Below, piece by piece: positions 29,342-40,010 of a DNA stretch of 64,000 nt (position 1 is the first letter of the stretch; each line of letters starts with the position of its first letter). Under the pieces are notes generated by a model, which was given only the letters and a program-made list of their open reading frames with translations, searched no databases and had not been told where the DNA came from. The position numbers and the translations under genes are program-made. The stretch is from positions 1,312,001 through 1,376,000 of the forward strand of contig CBDANF010000003.1 of assembly GCA_965197475.1 (NCBI GenBank), written 5' to 3'. This DNA comes from Candidatus Poribacteria bacterium (GTDB taxonomy: Bacteria > Poribacteria > WGA-4E > WGA-3G).

Positions 29342-31822
29342 TCAGAAATCAAGTGTTAGTCCAAGGTAGACGATCAATGGCAGTTGTGGTAATTCACTTG
29401 TACCCTCCTCAAGGTAGATGTTATCAGTTCCTGTGATCTCCTGTGATTCATCAATAACGATTTTTATTTTATTTTTGCGATTATATATGTTTATTATATC
29501 AAGGAATCCGCCAATCTGTGTTCCCCATAACTTCCATTTGCGACTTATCCGTAGGTCCAACTTATGGTAAGGTTCGAGTTCAACAGTGAAGTTTTCTTCA
29601 GCGGCAGCGAGGAGTGGATTCAACCCACGAGTTATCGGATCTTGAACCAGCGTAATTGAATTGACTGGCGCTTCTGACGTTCCGCTTAGATACTGCCACT
29701 TTGCACCTATCTCAAAATTCGGTGTGAAATTATAGTTTGCCACAATGCTAACAATATGTGTCCTATCGAAGAGATGTGGTTTATAGTTCGCGTCGGGGTT
29801 TTCGCGACGCTCAGCATGTGTCCAGCTATATGAAACCCAACCGAAAAACTTATCTAAAACACGGTGCCGCACAAAAGCCTCTGCACCGCCAATATATCCC
29901 GCCCCTTGATTCAGATAATTTCCGGCACTATTCTTTGTTACTAACTTATCCGAGTTTTTGTAATAGGTGGCGAGTTTGACTTCTGTTTGTGGTGAGATTT
30001 TATGTTCAATTTCCAAAATATAGTGCTGTGCAAGGCTGGATTTCAACGCTGGATTCCCATTTTCCGCCAGTATCTGATACGGTTTCGGGCTCTGTTCATA
30101 GTGTCCATATCCGAATCGAATATTAGAGCCGATCGGCAGCTCAAAATTAACGCTGCCCCTGGGTTGAATTAAGACTTCTTCTGTCAGATCCAGATAATCA
30201 AGCCTGGCTCCAAGCGCGGCAGACATGAAGGAGAAAAGGTTATATCGTCCTTGGAGATATCCCTCAGCACGAAAAAAATCGTGTCCAAATTCATCGTGTG
30301 CCTCTTTTATGCCAGTGAACACTCTCTCCGTATGAGTCCCACCCCCTCCTTGTGTACCAGTGTCTGTGCCGGGGGGTGGATTTGGATCTTTTGTCGTTTG
30401 AGTAACTTGATACTCACTATGTATTGTAACCGACTCAAATTGTGTCTCTTTACTGTCTTCAAAGCTGATGGCGGGGCTATAAGAAAAAAGGACACCAGGT
30501 TCTATTTGGAGCCTTGGGTTTAAACGGAAAGTCACATCCTCTCGAAGTGTCCATACCGGAACATTAACTCGGACTGTGTACGAATCAAATTTTGCAGTGA
30601 GAGTTATGGGATCATCTGGAAAATGTATTATGCTACCATCCCGCCTTACATCTACAGGATTACGGAATTCAACATTGAGAAAATTGGCAGAATGGGTCAA
30701 AGAAAAATCGGAGGTAAGATTATCAGAAAAATTGGAGCGGAGATGGATGCCTTGCCCCTCAAATCCGTTTTTGAAGTACATAGAAGGACTCCATATATTA
30801 ACTTCTGCCACTTCCATATTTTCCGCTCCCGGTAAATATTCGTAGTGCTCCAATTCTTCTGCCGGCGTAATTTTTGTTACCTCTCCCACAGTGTTAAAAT
30901 GGTCCGTTGCAGCAAAGGCATTCAGCGTAAGGAGATGATTTTTACCGAAAGCTTGAACAAATTTGAACTGAGAATCTGCAAAATAAGGGAAGTCATCGTC
31001 CGTGAAAAGTCCAACGATGAGGTCTAAATAGCTTCGTCGTGCTGCGACATAAGCGTATCCTTTTTTGCCGATTCTGCATTCAAGTATTCCCTCTGAATAC
31101 AGAAAATTGAGGTTAAATTTCCCACGCCACCTTTTATCAAGCCGGTTGCGCGAGTGTATGTCTAAAACATTTTGCGAATCCAACCCAAATTGGGCACCGT
31201 ATCCGCCTGCATAGACATCAACATCGTCAATAATTTCTGAGCTGATAGTTGAAAGTAGACCGCCGCCGTGGAAAGGATAACCTAAAGGTGTTCTGTCAAA
31301 ATAGTAGAGATTGGAATCTGGTTCGCTGCCGCGGATATAGAGGATACCGAGGAGATCGTTTGGTATGCCAATGCCCGGCAGCGTCGTAAGTCCACGGAGA
31401 ATGTCGTTAGCGGCACCGGGGATACGTAGCAGCTCGCTGCCGCGAATCCGTTTTCGACTCACTGTTGGTGGAAGACGATCCCCCTTTACAACAACCGTTT
31501 CGAGTTCAACGACCTCCTTGAGAAACATTTTTACTTGAATAGTTTCGTCTGACTTTACCTCAATTTGTGTTTTTGTCCGTGTTGTATACGCCTCGTGGCT
31601 TATGGATACCGTCCAAGTTCCCGGCGCAATATCTGTAAATACAAATTTTCCACTCAAATCGGTTGTTTGCTGTTGATCAATTTCAATGATTCGGACCTCC
31701 GCACCTGATAAGGGCTCACCAGTACTTTCATGCAAAACTGTTCCCTCAATTGTTCCGGTTTGGGAAAGGGCAGCTAACGGAACTCCGAAAATCAAAAGTA
31801 AAGAAAATAGGTGTTTAATCAT
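29342..31822 (-). CDS. TonB-dependent receptor with N-terminal carboxypeptidase-regulatory-like domain
   Basis: Signal peptide, G.I.GTV...TGEPL.GA, plug (YIRGS, YAGGYGAQFG), C-terminal aromatic residue. Confidence 0.9.
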   Translation of the reverse strand: MIKHLFSLLLIFGVPLAALSQTGTIEGTVLHESTGEPLSGAEVRIIEIDQQQTTDLSGKFVFTDIAPGTWTVSISHEAYTTRTKTQIEVKSDETIQVKMFLKEVVELETVVVKGDRLPPTVSRKRIRGSELLRIPGAANDILRGLTTLPGIGIPNDLLGILYIRGSEPDSNLYYFDRTPLGYPFHGGGLLSTISSEIIDDVDVYAGGYGAQFGLDSQNVLDIHSRNRLDKRWRGKFNLNFLYSEGILECRIGKKGYAYVAARRSYLDLIVGLFTDDDFPYFADSQFKFVQAFGKNHLLTLNAFAATDHFNTVGEVTKITPAEELEHYEYLPGAENMEVAEVNIWSPSMYFKNGFEGQGIHLRSNFSDNLTSDFSLTHSANFLNVEFRNPVDVRRDGSIIHFPDDPITLTAKFDSYTVRVNVPVWTLREDVTFRLNPRLQIEPGVLFSYSPAISFEDSKETQFESVTIHSEYQVTQTTKDPNPPPGTDTGTQGGGGTHTERVFTGIKEAHDEFGHDFFRAEGYLQGRYNLFSFMSAALGARLDYLDLTEEVLIQPRGSVNFELPIGSNIRFGYGHYEQSPKPYQILAENGNPALKSSLAQHYILEIEHKISPQTEVKLATYYKNSDKLVTKNSAGNYLNQGAGYIGGAEAFVRHRVLDKFFGWVSYSWTHAERRENPDANYKPHLFDRTHIVSIVANYNFTPNFEIGAKWQYLSGTSEAPVNSITLVQDPITRGLNPLLAAAEENFTVELEPYHKLDLRISRKWKLWGTQIGGFLDIINIYNRKNKIKIVIDESQEITGTDNIYLEEGTSELPQLPLIVYLGLTLDF

Positions 31823-31863
31823 TTATTCTAATAAAAGATGTCTTGTCTAATTTTTCAGATGCA

Positions 31864-32425
31864 TTATTCAGGGTCAGAATAACGATAAATATCTCGTCCA
31901 TACGCGGATCCAAGGGTGCCCCGCGCGTAAGCGTAGGAACTTGAAGCATTATCCGCAAAAATAATGGCTGAAACAGTTGGACTCGTCCGCACTTTCAGTT
32001 TACGAAACGGCCACCAACCAGATTTGCAGACTTCTGCCCATATACTACTACTTATGCTTTCCCGATTCGTACCAGATTCTGTTGTCATACGGGCATAGCA
32101 ATAGGCTGAACCGCTGTAGAATTCCTTATTCTTTAGTTTCCCTTTAATACTACATGAAACGAGTGCTTCAGCATAATCGGCTGTAGCTCCTGCGTTGGGG
32201 TAAACTGCGGGTGCTCCGGCATCGGTGTGTTCAAAGAACATCATTAAACAGGACTTACGCAATGTCTTCTTTTGTAGCATAACCTGTTAGGTTGTGCTAC
32301 CAGAACGTCTGCGTTTTCCGAGACCCGCATCTAAACAGAACGAACTTCGCCCAAAACTGCGTAAGTCCTGATTAAAGTTAGGACCGCGATTAGCATTGCC
32401 ATGGGGGGGAAAAATAGGTTTTCAT
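31864..32425 (-). pseudogene. Small secreted Cys-containing protein, disrupted by a MITE and a C7-tract frameshift
   Basis: Removing the MITE plus one TSD restores the signal peptide MAMLIAVLTLMMFFEHTDA; GGAG RBS before ATG 32425. Confidence 0.65.
32249..32370. mobile_element. 122-bp MITE, CAGGACTTACGCA TIRs, 6-bp TSD ATTAAA
   Basis: Perfect 13-bp TIRs; ATTAAA at 32243-32248 and 32371-32376. Confidence 0.9.
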
Positions 32426-32511
32426 CGGAATACTCCTTATATTAAAATGTTACGTTTTTCAACGCAATTTAATGGTTAGTTGTTATCACAAATGTGCTAC
32501 GAAATACGAAG

Positions 32512-33132
32512 CTATCGATTATCGTTAGTGACAGAGTTATCTTGACTTATTCCGTCGTACCTACTGAAAACAGTTTGGATGTCTATTAATGTGCCAAGTT
32601 TGAAGAACCCAGGCCAATCCTCTGGATCATTTCCGAAATCCCGCTCCAATTCATCGCCTGTCGGTCTATTTCCAGGGAAAAATGTTTCATCGTAATTTCC
32701 TTCCTCAGAATTTTCATCACGGTTAAACTTGATAATTAGATGGAGCGAGCCAGTGTCTTCGCCGCTTTCAGATTCAAGTGCATTGCATTTGAGTTGGACA
32801 GAAAAGTATTGTTCATCAGGATCTACTAACGGAAATACATCAGAATCTCCCAATAAAAATGTCTGACTGAAATCTTCTGTAAAAGAGTATTTCTGTTCTT
32901 TATTGTGAACGATGAATCTGTTCCCAAGATCGTCCCTTTCTTCTCTGTAGTCGCTGGAAACAGCAAGATCAAATGCTGCACCTGCAGGGACTTCTACTGT
33001 CACAGTAACACTGTCAGGTAAATCCAGATTCGGGAATGCCATATCACTTTCGTCTTCTCCACAACCAATAAGATAAGGTAACGCAAATAGAAAGACGAGA
33101 AGAGTAAATCTAAAAAACTTATTTAATTTCAT
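32512..33132 (-). CDS. Acidic lipoprotein, hypothetical
   Basis: Signal peptide with lipobox LIGC; AAGGAG RBS. Confidence 0.8.
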   Translation of the reverse strand: MKLNKFFRFTLLVFLFALPYLIGCGEDESDMAFPNLDLPDSVTVTVEVPAGAAFDLAVSSDYREERDDLGNRFIVHNKEQKYSFTEDFSQTFLLGDSDVFPLVDPDEQYFSVQLKCNALESESGEDTGSLHLIIKFNRDENSEEGNYDETFFPGNRPTGDELERDFGNDPEDWPGFFKLGTLIDIQTVFSRYDGISQDNSVTNDNR

Positions 33133-33222
33133 TGGTCTCTCCTTTTAGACTTGATATGCACATGGATTGTCCAAACTTTGGCATATTGTAGCACAATCTA
33201 AAAATTTCGACAAGATACGCCA

Positions 33223-34695
33223 TTAGCGTGGCGTGTCTTGTTTCACATTAGTAGGATATTGTTGGGAAAGAAAAAACCGTTCAAGATGCTCCGCAACCTC
33301 TTGATCGGTTTTCCTGATCCGTTGTAGGCCTTCTTTGAAACCATACCGTTGTAAGGTAGTGAAAGCTTTCTCAAAACGTTGTGGAGCAAATTGTTTGGGA
33401 AAAGAGGCTTTGATATGATCGTCCGTTAGCAATTCTTGTAATTCGGAAGTCAATAACCTTTCAAGTTCAGCATCATCTTTTGTCAATTTTTCCCAAAATT
33501 CCATTCGTCTTTTTTCTTCCTGTTTTCTTGTCGTTCGTACTTCTTCAGTAGTATTCTGAGAAGATTCAGAAAATGTTTCTACGAAATCATCCTGAGGTGC
33601 GTAATTCTCATTGACAGGAAATCCTTCCATTGATGGGAAAGGTGTTGAAAGAGTTTGCTTCACTTGAATGTTTTGTCTCTTCCCACCTATTTCTTCACGA
33701 GTTATAGGCGGGGGCACCTCACTGAGGATAGCATCATTTCCATCAAGATAGATAATATCATATCCTTCAGGATGAATACCCTTAATCAAGAGGTCAAACT
33801 TCTGTTTTTCAGTCAGAGATTCTCCACGAAAAAATGCTCCCCTTTTAATTTTACTAACGTAGACACGTCCAGGTTTGAACGGGAGAAAGGTTCTTTGGTC
33901 AGGACCAACAAAAAATCCACCTGCCACCTCTGGATCTGCTGCCTTTACTGCTTTTAGTTGTTGATACTGCCAAATGTGTCTATCGATAAAAGAGGCTTTA
34001 AATGTTTCCCAATTTTCGGTGGGTAAATTACCGGTCTCTCCTGACTGCCAGATATCCGGGTTGTTTTCAAAGTAAACTAAATTCTGACGTACCGACAAAT
34101 AACCTGAGTAATCGGCAAAATCTTCAATAACGACACCTCTGTTAAGTAGCATCTGAACCCATTCGGACTGTGGATACTTCTCATCTATTTCGGGATATAC
34201 TAACATCTCTTCAAACGAATTGAGAAGTGCTTGGACGGTTTGAGGCCCTTCATGTTCTTTGTACTCAGTTTCTTCTTGGTTTTTAGGTAAACCGAGTTCA
34301 GAAAAGTCATATACTCTTATCGGAGGTGGTTCAGTAATACTCTTTTTCAATTCCTCTGCTTTTCGCTCAAAAGCTTCGCGTAATTCCGACTTTATCTCAT
34401 CAACTTGTGCTGTTACCGATTCAAGATAATAAGGTTTCTCCTTCTTAACTGATTCTAAAAAAGCATCCGTTTGAATTTCAACTTGTTTATCCAACCAAAC
34501 ATGCCAAACATCAACCGGTCTTTGCTGGTTGTCAGAGTTATCACGATTTAAAAAGTCGTTAGTGCCATCAGGCAATGCTACTTGTTGTGAAGTACCATTC
34601 GGTAGTCCCTGTCGCAATTGCGGATTGTTGTGAAACAGAAAAAAAGCGACAATCCCTAAAACGAACAACCATAAATACGTCTTGCTTCGATTCAT
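33223..34695 (-). CDS. Membrane-anchored hypothetical protein with DExYPxxEW domain
   Basis: N-terminal TM; AAGGAG RBS; domain shared with 22261-22557. Confidence 0.75.
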   Translation of the reverse strand: MNRSKTYLWLFVLGIVAFFLFHNNPQLRQGLPNGTSQQVALPDGTNDFLNRDNSDNQQRPVDVWHVWLDKQVEIQTDAFLESVKKEKPYYLESVTAQVDEIKSELREAFERKAEELKKSITEPPPIRVYDFSELGLPKNQEETEYKEHEGPQTVQALLNSFEEMLVYPEIDEKYPQSEWVQMLLNRGVVIEDFADYSGYLSVRQNLVYFENNPDIWQSGETGNLPTENWETFKASFIDRHIWQYQQLKAVKAADPEVAGGFFVGPDQRTFLPFKPGRVYVSKIKRGAFFRGESLTEKQKFDLLIKGIHPEGYDIIYLDGNDAILSEVPPPITREEIGGKRQNIQVKQTLSTPFPSMEGFPVNENYAPQDDFVETFSESSQNTTEEVRTTRKQEEKRRMEFWEKLTKDDAELERLLTSELQELLTDDHIKASFPKQFAPQRFEKAFTTLQRYGFKEGLQRIRKTDQEVAEHLERFFLSQQYPTNVKQDTPR

Positions 34696-34804
34696 CTTAA
34701 AATCTCCTTTACATTTTGTTTCAAACTTCAATCCTGCTAAGAACACACGCGGGGACTCTTCGTGCGTTTGATCTGATAAAGAGGGCGTTGTCTACATCCT
34801 CCGA

Positions 34805-35329
34805 ATGCTTGCAAGATGTAGACAACGGTCTAATAACTCTTCTATAGATCATAAGAAAGCGTTATTCATCACGGTTCTGACTGATATAGGTGTTCAAGAA
34901 TACTTTATCCATCAACCAGAAATGAAAAAACCAGCGGAATTTCGTGGTTGGCAGCGCAGCCCTTCTGGTGACATTATTGAAATTGAGCCTGATGAACAAG
35001 GTGGTCTGTTCAGTGAAGCGTTAAATCTCTGGTTACGTTGGGAGGACGATCAAACGACACATGTAAGGTTATTACGTCCATATCTACCTGATGGCACACC
35101 TATAACGACATCTATGGAAGAAGAACACCTCCGGAAACAAGAAAAACAACTGCGAGAACAAGAACAACACCTACGAGAAGCGGCGGAAGCGATGGCAGCC
35201 GGAGAAGCAGAACGGCGACAAGCAGCAGAGGCACTTGCTAAACAGGAAACTGAGCGGCGACAGGAGTTAGAAGCTGAGTTGGAACGACTCCGGACACAGA
35301 TCGTTAAAAGTGAAGATGGGACTCCTTAA
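34805..35329 (+). pseudogene. Uma2-family endonuclease 3' fragment
   Basis: IGVQEYFI, SEALNLWL, EAERRQ.AE coiled tail; N-terminal PD-(D/E)xK core absent. Confidence 0.65.
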
Positions 35330-35454
35330 TATATCCGAGACATAATCATAGGCGCACGGCAGATCAGAGGAGATGCGTTAACTCTGGGTTGGGATAATGT
35401 CTTTTTATTCAGAGCAGAGACACATTTTTTAAGGTGAAACTATGAAAAATTGAG

Positions 35455-36385
35455 GGTATTGGTTAAATAATGATGCAAGAATTAGCGGGATACCCTCTGA
35501 ACCGCGCTGCATCATATTTCAGTTGCGGTAATGATAACACTTATAACGAGAGTTGTCAATGAAAAAATCAGACTGATTTTCATTGACTTATATGCCTAAA
35601 ACTTGTATCCTCATTGAAACAACTCATTTCTACTCACAGGAGGATACCATGAAAGCGTGTCCAAGATGTCAACATATTCACTTCGTCAAAAACGGGTTCG
35701 TCAACGCAAAACAACGCTATAAATGTCCAAGTTGCCACTATCAATTCACACGCAAAACACCACGAGGTAAACCCCAGACACATAAAACCCTCGCTCTGCT
35801 CTTGGACTGCCACGGTATTTCAATGAATGCTATCTCAAAACTCTTCAACATTCATGTAACAACTGTTCTCAAATGGGGACGCTCCTATGCGAAAAAACAC
35901 GCCCCGAAACGGACATTTTCACCCGGATCCACCGTAGTTTTGGAGCTTGATGAAATGTGGCATTATATCGGAAAGAAGAAAAACAAACTTTGGATATGGA
36001 AAGCACTTGACAGGAACACAGGATACCTCATAGATTGGCAATGCGGCGGACGCAACACAGAAACCCTTGAAAAACTGACGCATCGCCTCAAAGCCTTGAA
36101 TGTCAAAATGTCCTACACCGACAAGTGGCAGGTGGACGAATCCATCCTACCTGCTTCAAAACATGTTCAAACGAAGGCGGAGACACATCGCATTGAACGC
36201 AACAATTACTTGATGCGGCACTGGTTCGGCCGGTTCAAACGTCCGTCCATTATTGTTTCAAAAAGTGTGGAGATGGTGAACCTAACGATTGCCTTGTTCG
36301 CACGATTTCGTGTTAATGGAGACGTGTTTGACATTTTAAAACTTGGCGGAATGGAAACCATGAATATCATTAGTTAGGCAATACC
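35455..36385 (+). mobile_element. IS1-family insertion sequence
   Basis: Imperfect TIRs GGTATTGGTTAAATAATGAT / GGTATTGCCTAACTAATGAT (inverted match extends ~10 bp further out). Confidence 0.75.
35649..36377 (+). CDS. IS1-family transposase (single InsAB frame)
   Basis: CPRC..KNG...QRYKC..C zinc finger; LELDEMW, YTDKW, T.RIER.N...RH. Confidence 0.9.
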   Translation: MKACPRCQHIHFVKNGFVNAKQRYKCPSCHYQFTRKTPRGKPQTHKTLALLLDCHGISMNAISKLFNIHVTTVLKWGRSYAKKHAPKRTFSPGSTVVLELDEMWHYIGKKKNKLWIWKALDRNTGYLIDWQCGGRNTETLEKLTHRLKALNVKMSYTDKWQVDESILPASKHVQTKAETHRIERNNYLMRHWFGRFKRPSIIVSKSVEMVNLTIALFARFRVNGDVFDILKLGGMETMNIIS

Positions 36386-36560
36386 CTCCATTTTTGTATG
36401 GTGATTTCTCTTGTAGATTCTTCACTGTTAGGTTCCCAAGTGTGCAAAGTAAAATTTGCTTATATTTTAATTATACACGCGAATTTTGCTTTTGACAAAA
36501 ATTTGTCAAAAGCAAAATTGAAAATCTTTCTTTTATCTGTCCCTGATTTGATACAACCCA

Positions 36561-38207
36561 CTAATTTTGGAATCTCCGTTTAAATATGTTCAAAATATCG
36601 TCAAACTCGGTAACTTTCAACACCTTATACATTCCTGCAAGTGCCAACACGCTGAATATGATCGGGACAAACACACTGACAATGCGGGGCATGAAGTCGT
36701 AAGTGCCGAGCCAATCTTTTTCAATAAATCCATTTGTCACCCAGCACACAACTCCCATCATCGCTGAAGCGATTAAGATTTTGAGTGCCAACGGAATAAC
36801 TGACCGAAGTCCTAATCGTCCGACCTTGCGGCGGAGCAGTAGCAATAAAACAGCACTATTCAGTGTCACAGTCAGCACGGTTGAGAACACCACTGCACGC
36901 GGGTCTAAAATCAATTCGCGGTAGATAAACAGGTAATTAAGGCAAATGTTAAGTATAACCCCGCAAAGACTGACAATAACAGGCGCGCGAATGTCTTTAT
37001 AAGCGTAAAACCCATCTGTAACGATCTTGAGAGTAGAGAACCCGCACAAACCAAATGCGTAGACGAATAAGACATCCCCCGTAGCAATTGTATCTGATTC
37101 TAAGAATGCACCACGTTCATAGAGCAACCGACAAATCGGCTCAGACAATACCATCAATCCAATTGATGCCGGTATAATCACAGTCAACATCAAGCGCAGG
37201 GCATAAGAGAGTGAGTTGCGGAATTGTTCCGTTTCACCTGCATTTGCAAACTTCGCGAGTTGTGGGAGTGCCACCGTTGAAATTGCCACGCCGAATATAC
37301 CGAGCGGAAGGTGCATAATACGGTATGCACCTTGAATCCATGCCAGCCATTCGTCACCTGAGGTAATAAACCATGTATTCGTGAGTTGATTGATAGGTAC
37401 TGCGGCAACACCCAAGATAGCAGGTCCTAGCAGGCGAAGGACTTGGCGCACCCTTGAATCACGCAAGCTCAGGAGCGGTTTATATCGAAATCCTACTCGG
37501 AACATTGATGGAACCTGAATAAAGAATTGTGCAATTCCACCTACAATGACACCAACAGCCATACCTATTATCGGATGCATACCGAATCTTGGAAACAGAT
37601 AAAAACCGCTGATACCTATCAGAAGTGAACTTAGGTTAAAAAAGGAGGATGCACACGCAGGAATAGCGAATTTTCCTTTGCTGTTCAATAATCCCATTGC
37701 AATTGCAGCAAGTGAAACAAATAACAGGTACGGAAACATCAATTGGGTAAGAAAGATTGTTAATTCAACTTTAGTATCAAACCCGTAATGTTTGCTACTA
37801 TCTAATGACTCGTCAAAATTCTCGCGTGCTAAAATATTGACGATAGTAGGAGCAAAAACAATTCCGAGTACTACAATGCCTATCAGGACGAGGCATATCA
37901 GATTGAAAATGCGATTTGCAAGATTCCACGCTGCCTCCGCTCCATCTTCGGTTTCCGTTGCGAGGAAAGTAGTGATAAATGCCTTGCTTAAGATGCCTTC
38001 CCCAAACATATCGCGAAGAAAATTGGGAATGCGGAACGCGAGGTGAAAAGCTGATGCACCAAGTTTTGTCGAGAAATACTTAAATATCACTATTTCGCGG
38101 GCAAGTCCAAGTATACGAGAGCCCATCACTGCTAAACTGACAATTCCCGCAGCACGAGTGACATTTTGATTCTGCTCCTCAGCAGATTTCGTTTCGTTTT
38201 CTTCCAT
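36561..38207 (-). CDS. murJ: Lipid II flippase MurJ
   Basis: SRILGLARE, AFRIPNFLR..FGEG.LS.AF, LPLGIFGVAISTV.LP. Confidence 0.95.
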   Translation of the reverse strand: MEENETKSAEEQNQNVTRAAGIVSLAVMGSRILGLAREIVIFKYFSTKLGASAFHLAFRIPNFLRDMFGEGILSKAFITTFLATETEDGAEAAWNLANRIFNLICLVLIGIVVLGIVFAPTIVNILARENFDESLDSSKHYGFDTKVELTIFLTQLMFPYLLFVSLAAIAMGLLNSKGKFAIPACASSFFNLSSLLIGISGFYLFPRFGMHPIIGMAVGVIVGGIAQFFIQVPSMFRVGFRYKPLLSLRDSRVRQVLRLLGPAILGVAAVPINQLTNTWFITSGDEWLAWIQGAYRIMHLPLGIFGVAISTVALPQLAKFANAGETEQFRNSLSYALRLMLTVIIPASIGLMVLSEPICRLLYERGAFLESDTIATGDVLFVYAFGLCGFSTLKIVTDGFYAYKDIRAPVIVSLCGVILNICLNYLFIYRELILDPRAVVFSTVLTVTLNSAVLLLLLRRKVGRLGLRSVIPLALKILIASAMMGVVCWVTNGFIEKDWLGTYDFMPRIVSVFVPIIFSVLALAGMYKVLKVTEFDDILNIFKRRFQN

Positions 38208-38350
38208 ATTTGGTTATGAGTCTTCGGGCGGGATAATGTTCGCCGATTGTTTGAAGTTTATCAGATGCTCTCAGGTAATTGAATTTGATGCTTGACATCT
38301 GTTCTGAATTTGTATAAAGTTAAGAAAAATATTGTAAAGGAAACCTACAA

Positions 38351-38731
38351 ATGCAGGAAAAAAGATATTTTACGGTTGAAGAAGCAAACGAATGTATTCC
38401 GGAATTGATTAGAGACATTTCGACGTTGTTAGAACTGAAAGAGGAATTGGAAAAACTGCACGCGGAACTCACACCTTTTTTTGAGGTAATTCCGACTAAC
38501 GGAGGACACAAAAAGGCTCCATTACTTATGCAAACCGGTGAACAGTTCAGGGAGATTGTTGAAAGCATTAAGCACCGAGGTTGCCATATCAAAGGACTTG
38601 ATCCTGCCTTAATTGATTTTCCACACATCCGAAATGGAAAAGAAGTTTATCTTTGCTGGCGGTATGGAGAAAAGGAGATTAAATATTGGCATGAAATCGA
38701 GAGCGGGTTTTCAGGACGACAACCTTTGTAA
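38351..38731 (+). CDS. DUF2203-family protein
   Basis: FTVEEAN, LIDFP....G.EVYLCW.YGE..I.YWH....GF.GRQP. Confidence 0.88.
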   Translation: MQEKRYFTVEEANECIPELIRDISTLLELKEELEKLHAELTPFFEVIPTNGGHKKAPLLMQTGEQFREIVESIKHRGCHIKGLDPALIDFPHIRNGKEVYLCWRYGEKEIKYWHEIESGFSGRQPL

Positions 38732-39517
38732 TTAGCTCAAAAAATAGAAATGATTTGTGGGTCCATGACCGTTGCCGATATCCAATGCATGTTTAATGGC
38801 ATTTGAAATATAGTTCTTTGCAGCACTAATCGCGTCAAATAGATCCTTTCCATGTGCAAGATGTGTTGCAATCGCAGCTGAGTAGGTACATCCTGTGCCG
38901 TGAGTGTTCTTCGTATCAATCCGTTCAGCATCAAAAAATGACCAATCACCATCGCAATACAGGACATCTGTGGCAGTCGCATCACCAAGATGTCCACCTT
39001 TTACAAGTACCGCATGACAACCAAGTTTCGCTATGGTTTTTGCCGCCGATTTAGCATCATCAATGGTTCGGATTTCATGTTGTGAAAGCAGTTCTGCTTC
39101 ATAAACGTTCGGTGTTATTACCGTTGCAATCGGAATTAATACATGTCTTAGACTATTGATGGCTTCTGCTTTCAACAGTGGAAACTTGCTTTTAGATATC
39201 ATTACAGGGTCTACCACAATTGCTTGTGGCGTATATTCACGTAGTTTTCGTGTCACCGCTTCAACAATGATTGACGATGAGAGCATCCCTGTTTTTACGC
39301 TTGCCACTTCAAAATCTGTAAAAACCGCATCCAGTTGTGCTTCAATCAGTGGAATTGGTAGATCGAAAGCGTCTGTAACTGCGACTGTATTCTGTGCTGT
39401 TACGGAGGTAATTGCAGACATTGCGAAACCCCCGTTTGCCGAAATCGCCTTGATATCTGCTTGTATTCCAGCACCCCCACCTGAATCTGATCCTGCAATT
39501 GTTAAAATTTGTTTCAT
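38732..39517 (-). CDS. thiD: Hydroxymethylpyrimidine/phosphomethylpyrimidine kinase
   Basis: LTIAGSDSGGGAGIQAD.K, KTGML, DPVM, TPN, THGTGCT. Confidence 0.96.
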   Translation of the reverse strand: MKQILTIAGSDSGGGAGIQADIKAISANGGFAMSAITSVTAQNTVAVTDAFDLPIPLIEAQLDAVFTDFEVASVKTGMLSSSIIVEAVTRKLREYTPQAIVVDPVMISKSKFPLLKAEAINSLRHVLIPIATVITPNVYEAELLSQHEIRTIDDAKSAAKTIAKLGCHAVLVKGGHLGDATATDVLYCDGDWSFFDAERIDTKNTHGTGCTYSAAIATHLAHGKDLFDAISAAKNYISNAIKHALDIGNGHGPTNHFYFLS

Positions 39518-39690
39518 GTTTTTCTCTTTAGTCAATTTCTGTTTTCTGTAATAATGACAAATTATAGCACTGTTTATTGACTTTGTGCAAGTCATAGTAA
39601 GGTTACTTTCTGGCAAGAATTTGATAAAAACTCGGATTTTCACATATAAGTATAAAATTTATTTGACGAAATTAAATATTTTGTGTATAA

Positions 39691-39922
39691 TATATCCTAC
39701 ACTCTGCACTTCTAATTTTCGATTTAGGAATTTATTTCTCAAACCTGCGTGGTCCCTACATTGAGCAAGCAATCTCAGGTGAACCAGAGAAAAAGACAAG
39801 TGGAAAATGGGATCTTAATCTACAACTCCAAATCTCCGTTATCCTGTGCGAATCCTTTTGTAACGCGGGTTTGTCCTAAAGATACCAGAATGTGTCAAAA
39901 CAAGTGCGGAGTGTAGGGTATA
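39691..39922. mobile_element. MITE with TATA(T/C)CCTACACTC(T/C)GCACT TIRs
   Basis: 20-bp inverted ends with 2 mismatches; the same end recurs at 47362-47381. Confidence 0.7.
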
Positions 39923-39924
39923 CC

Positions 39925-39974
39925 TTGTCTCTATTGATTATTATTAGGTTGAAGACCAGTATGAGAAATATCAG
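39925..39974 (-). mobile_element. Isolated end of the IS4/IS701-like element
   Basis: Nearly identical to 41925-41974. Confidence 0.8.
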
Positions 39975-40010
39975 TTATGATATTCTATTTTTTGAGGATA
40001 CCACAGAAAT

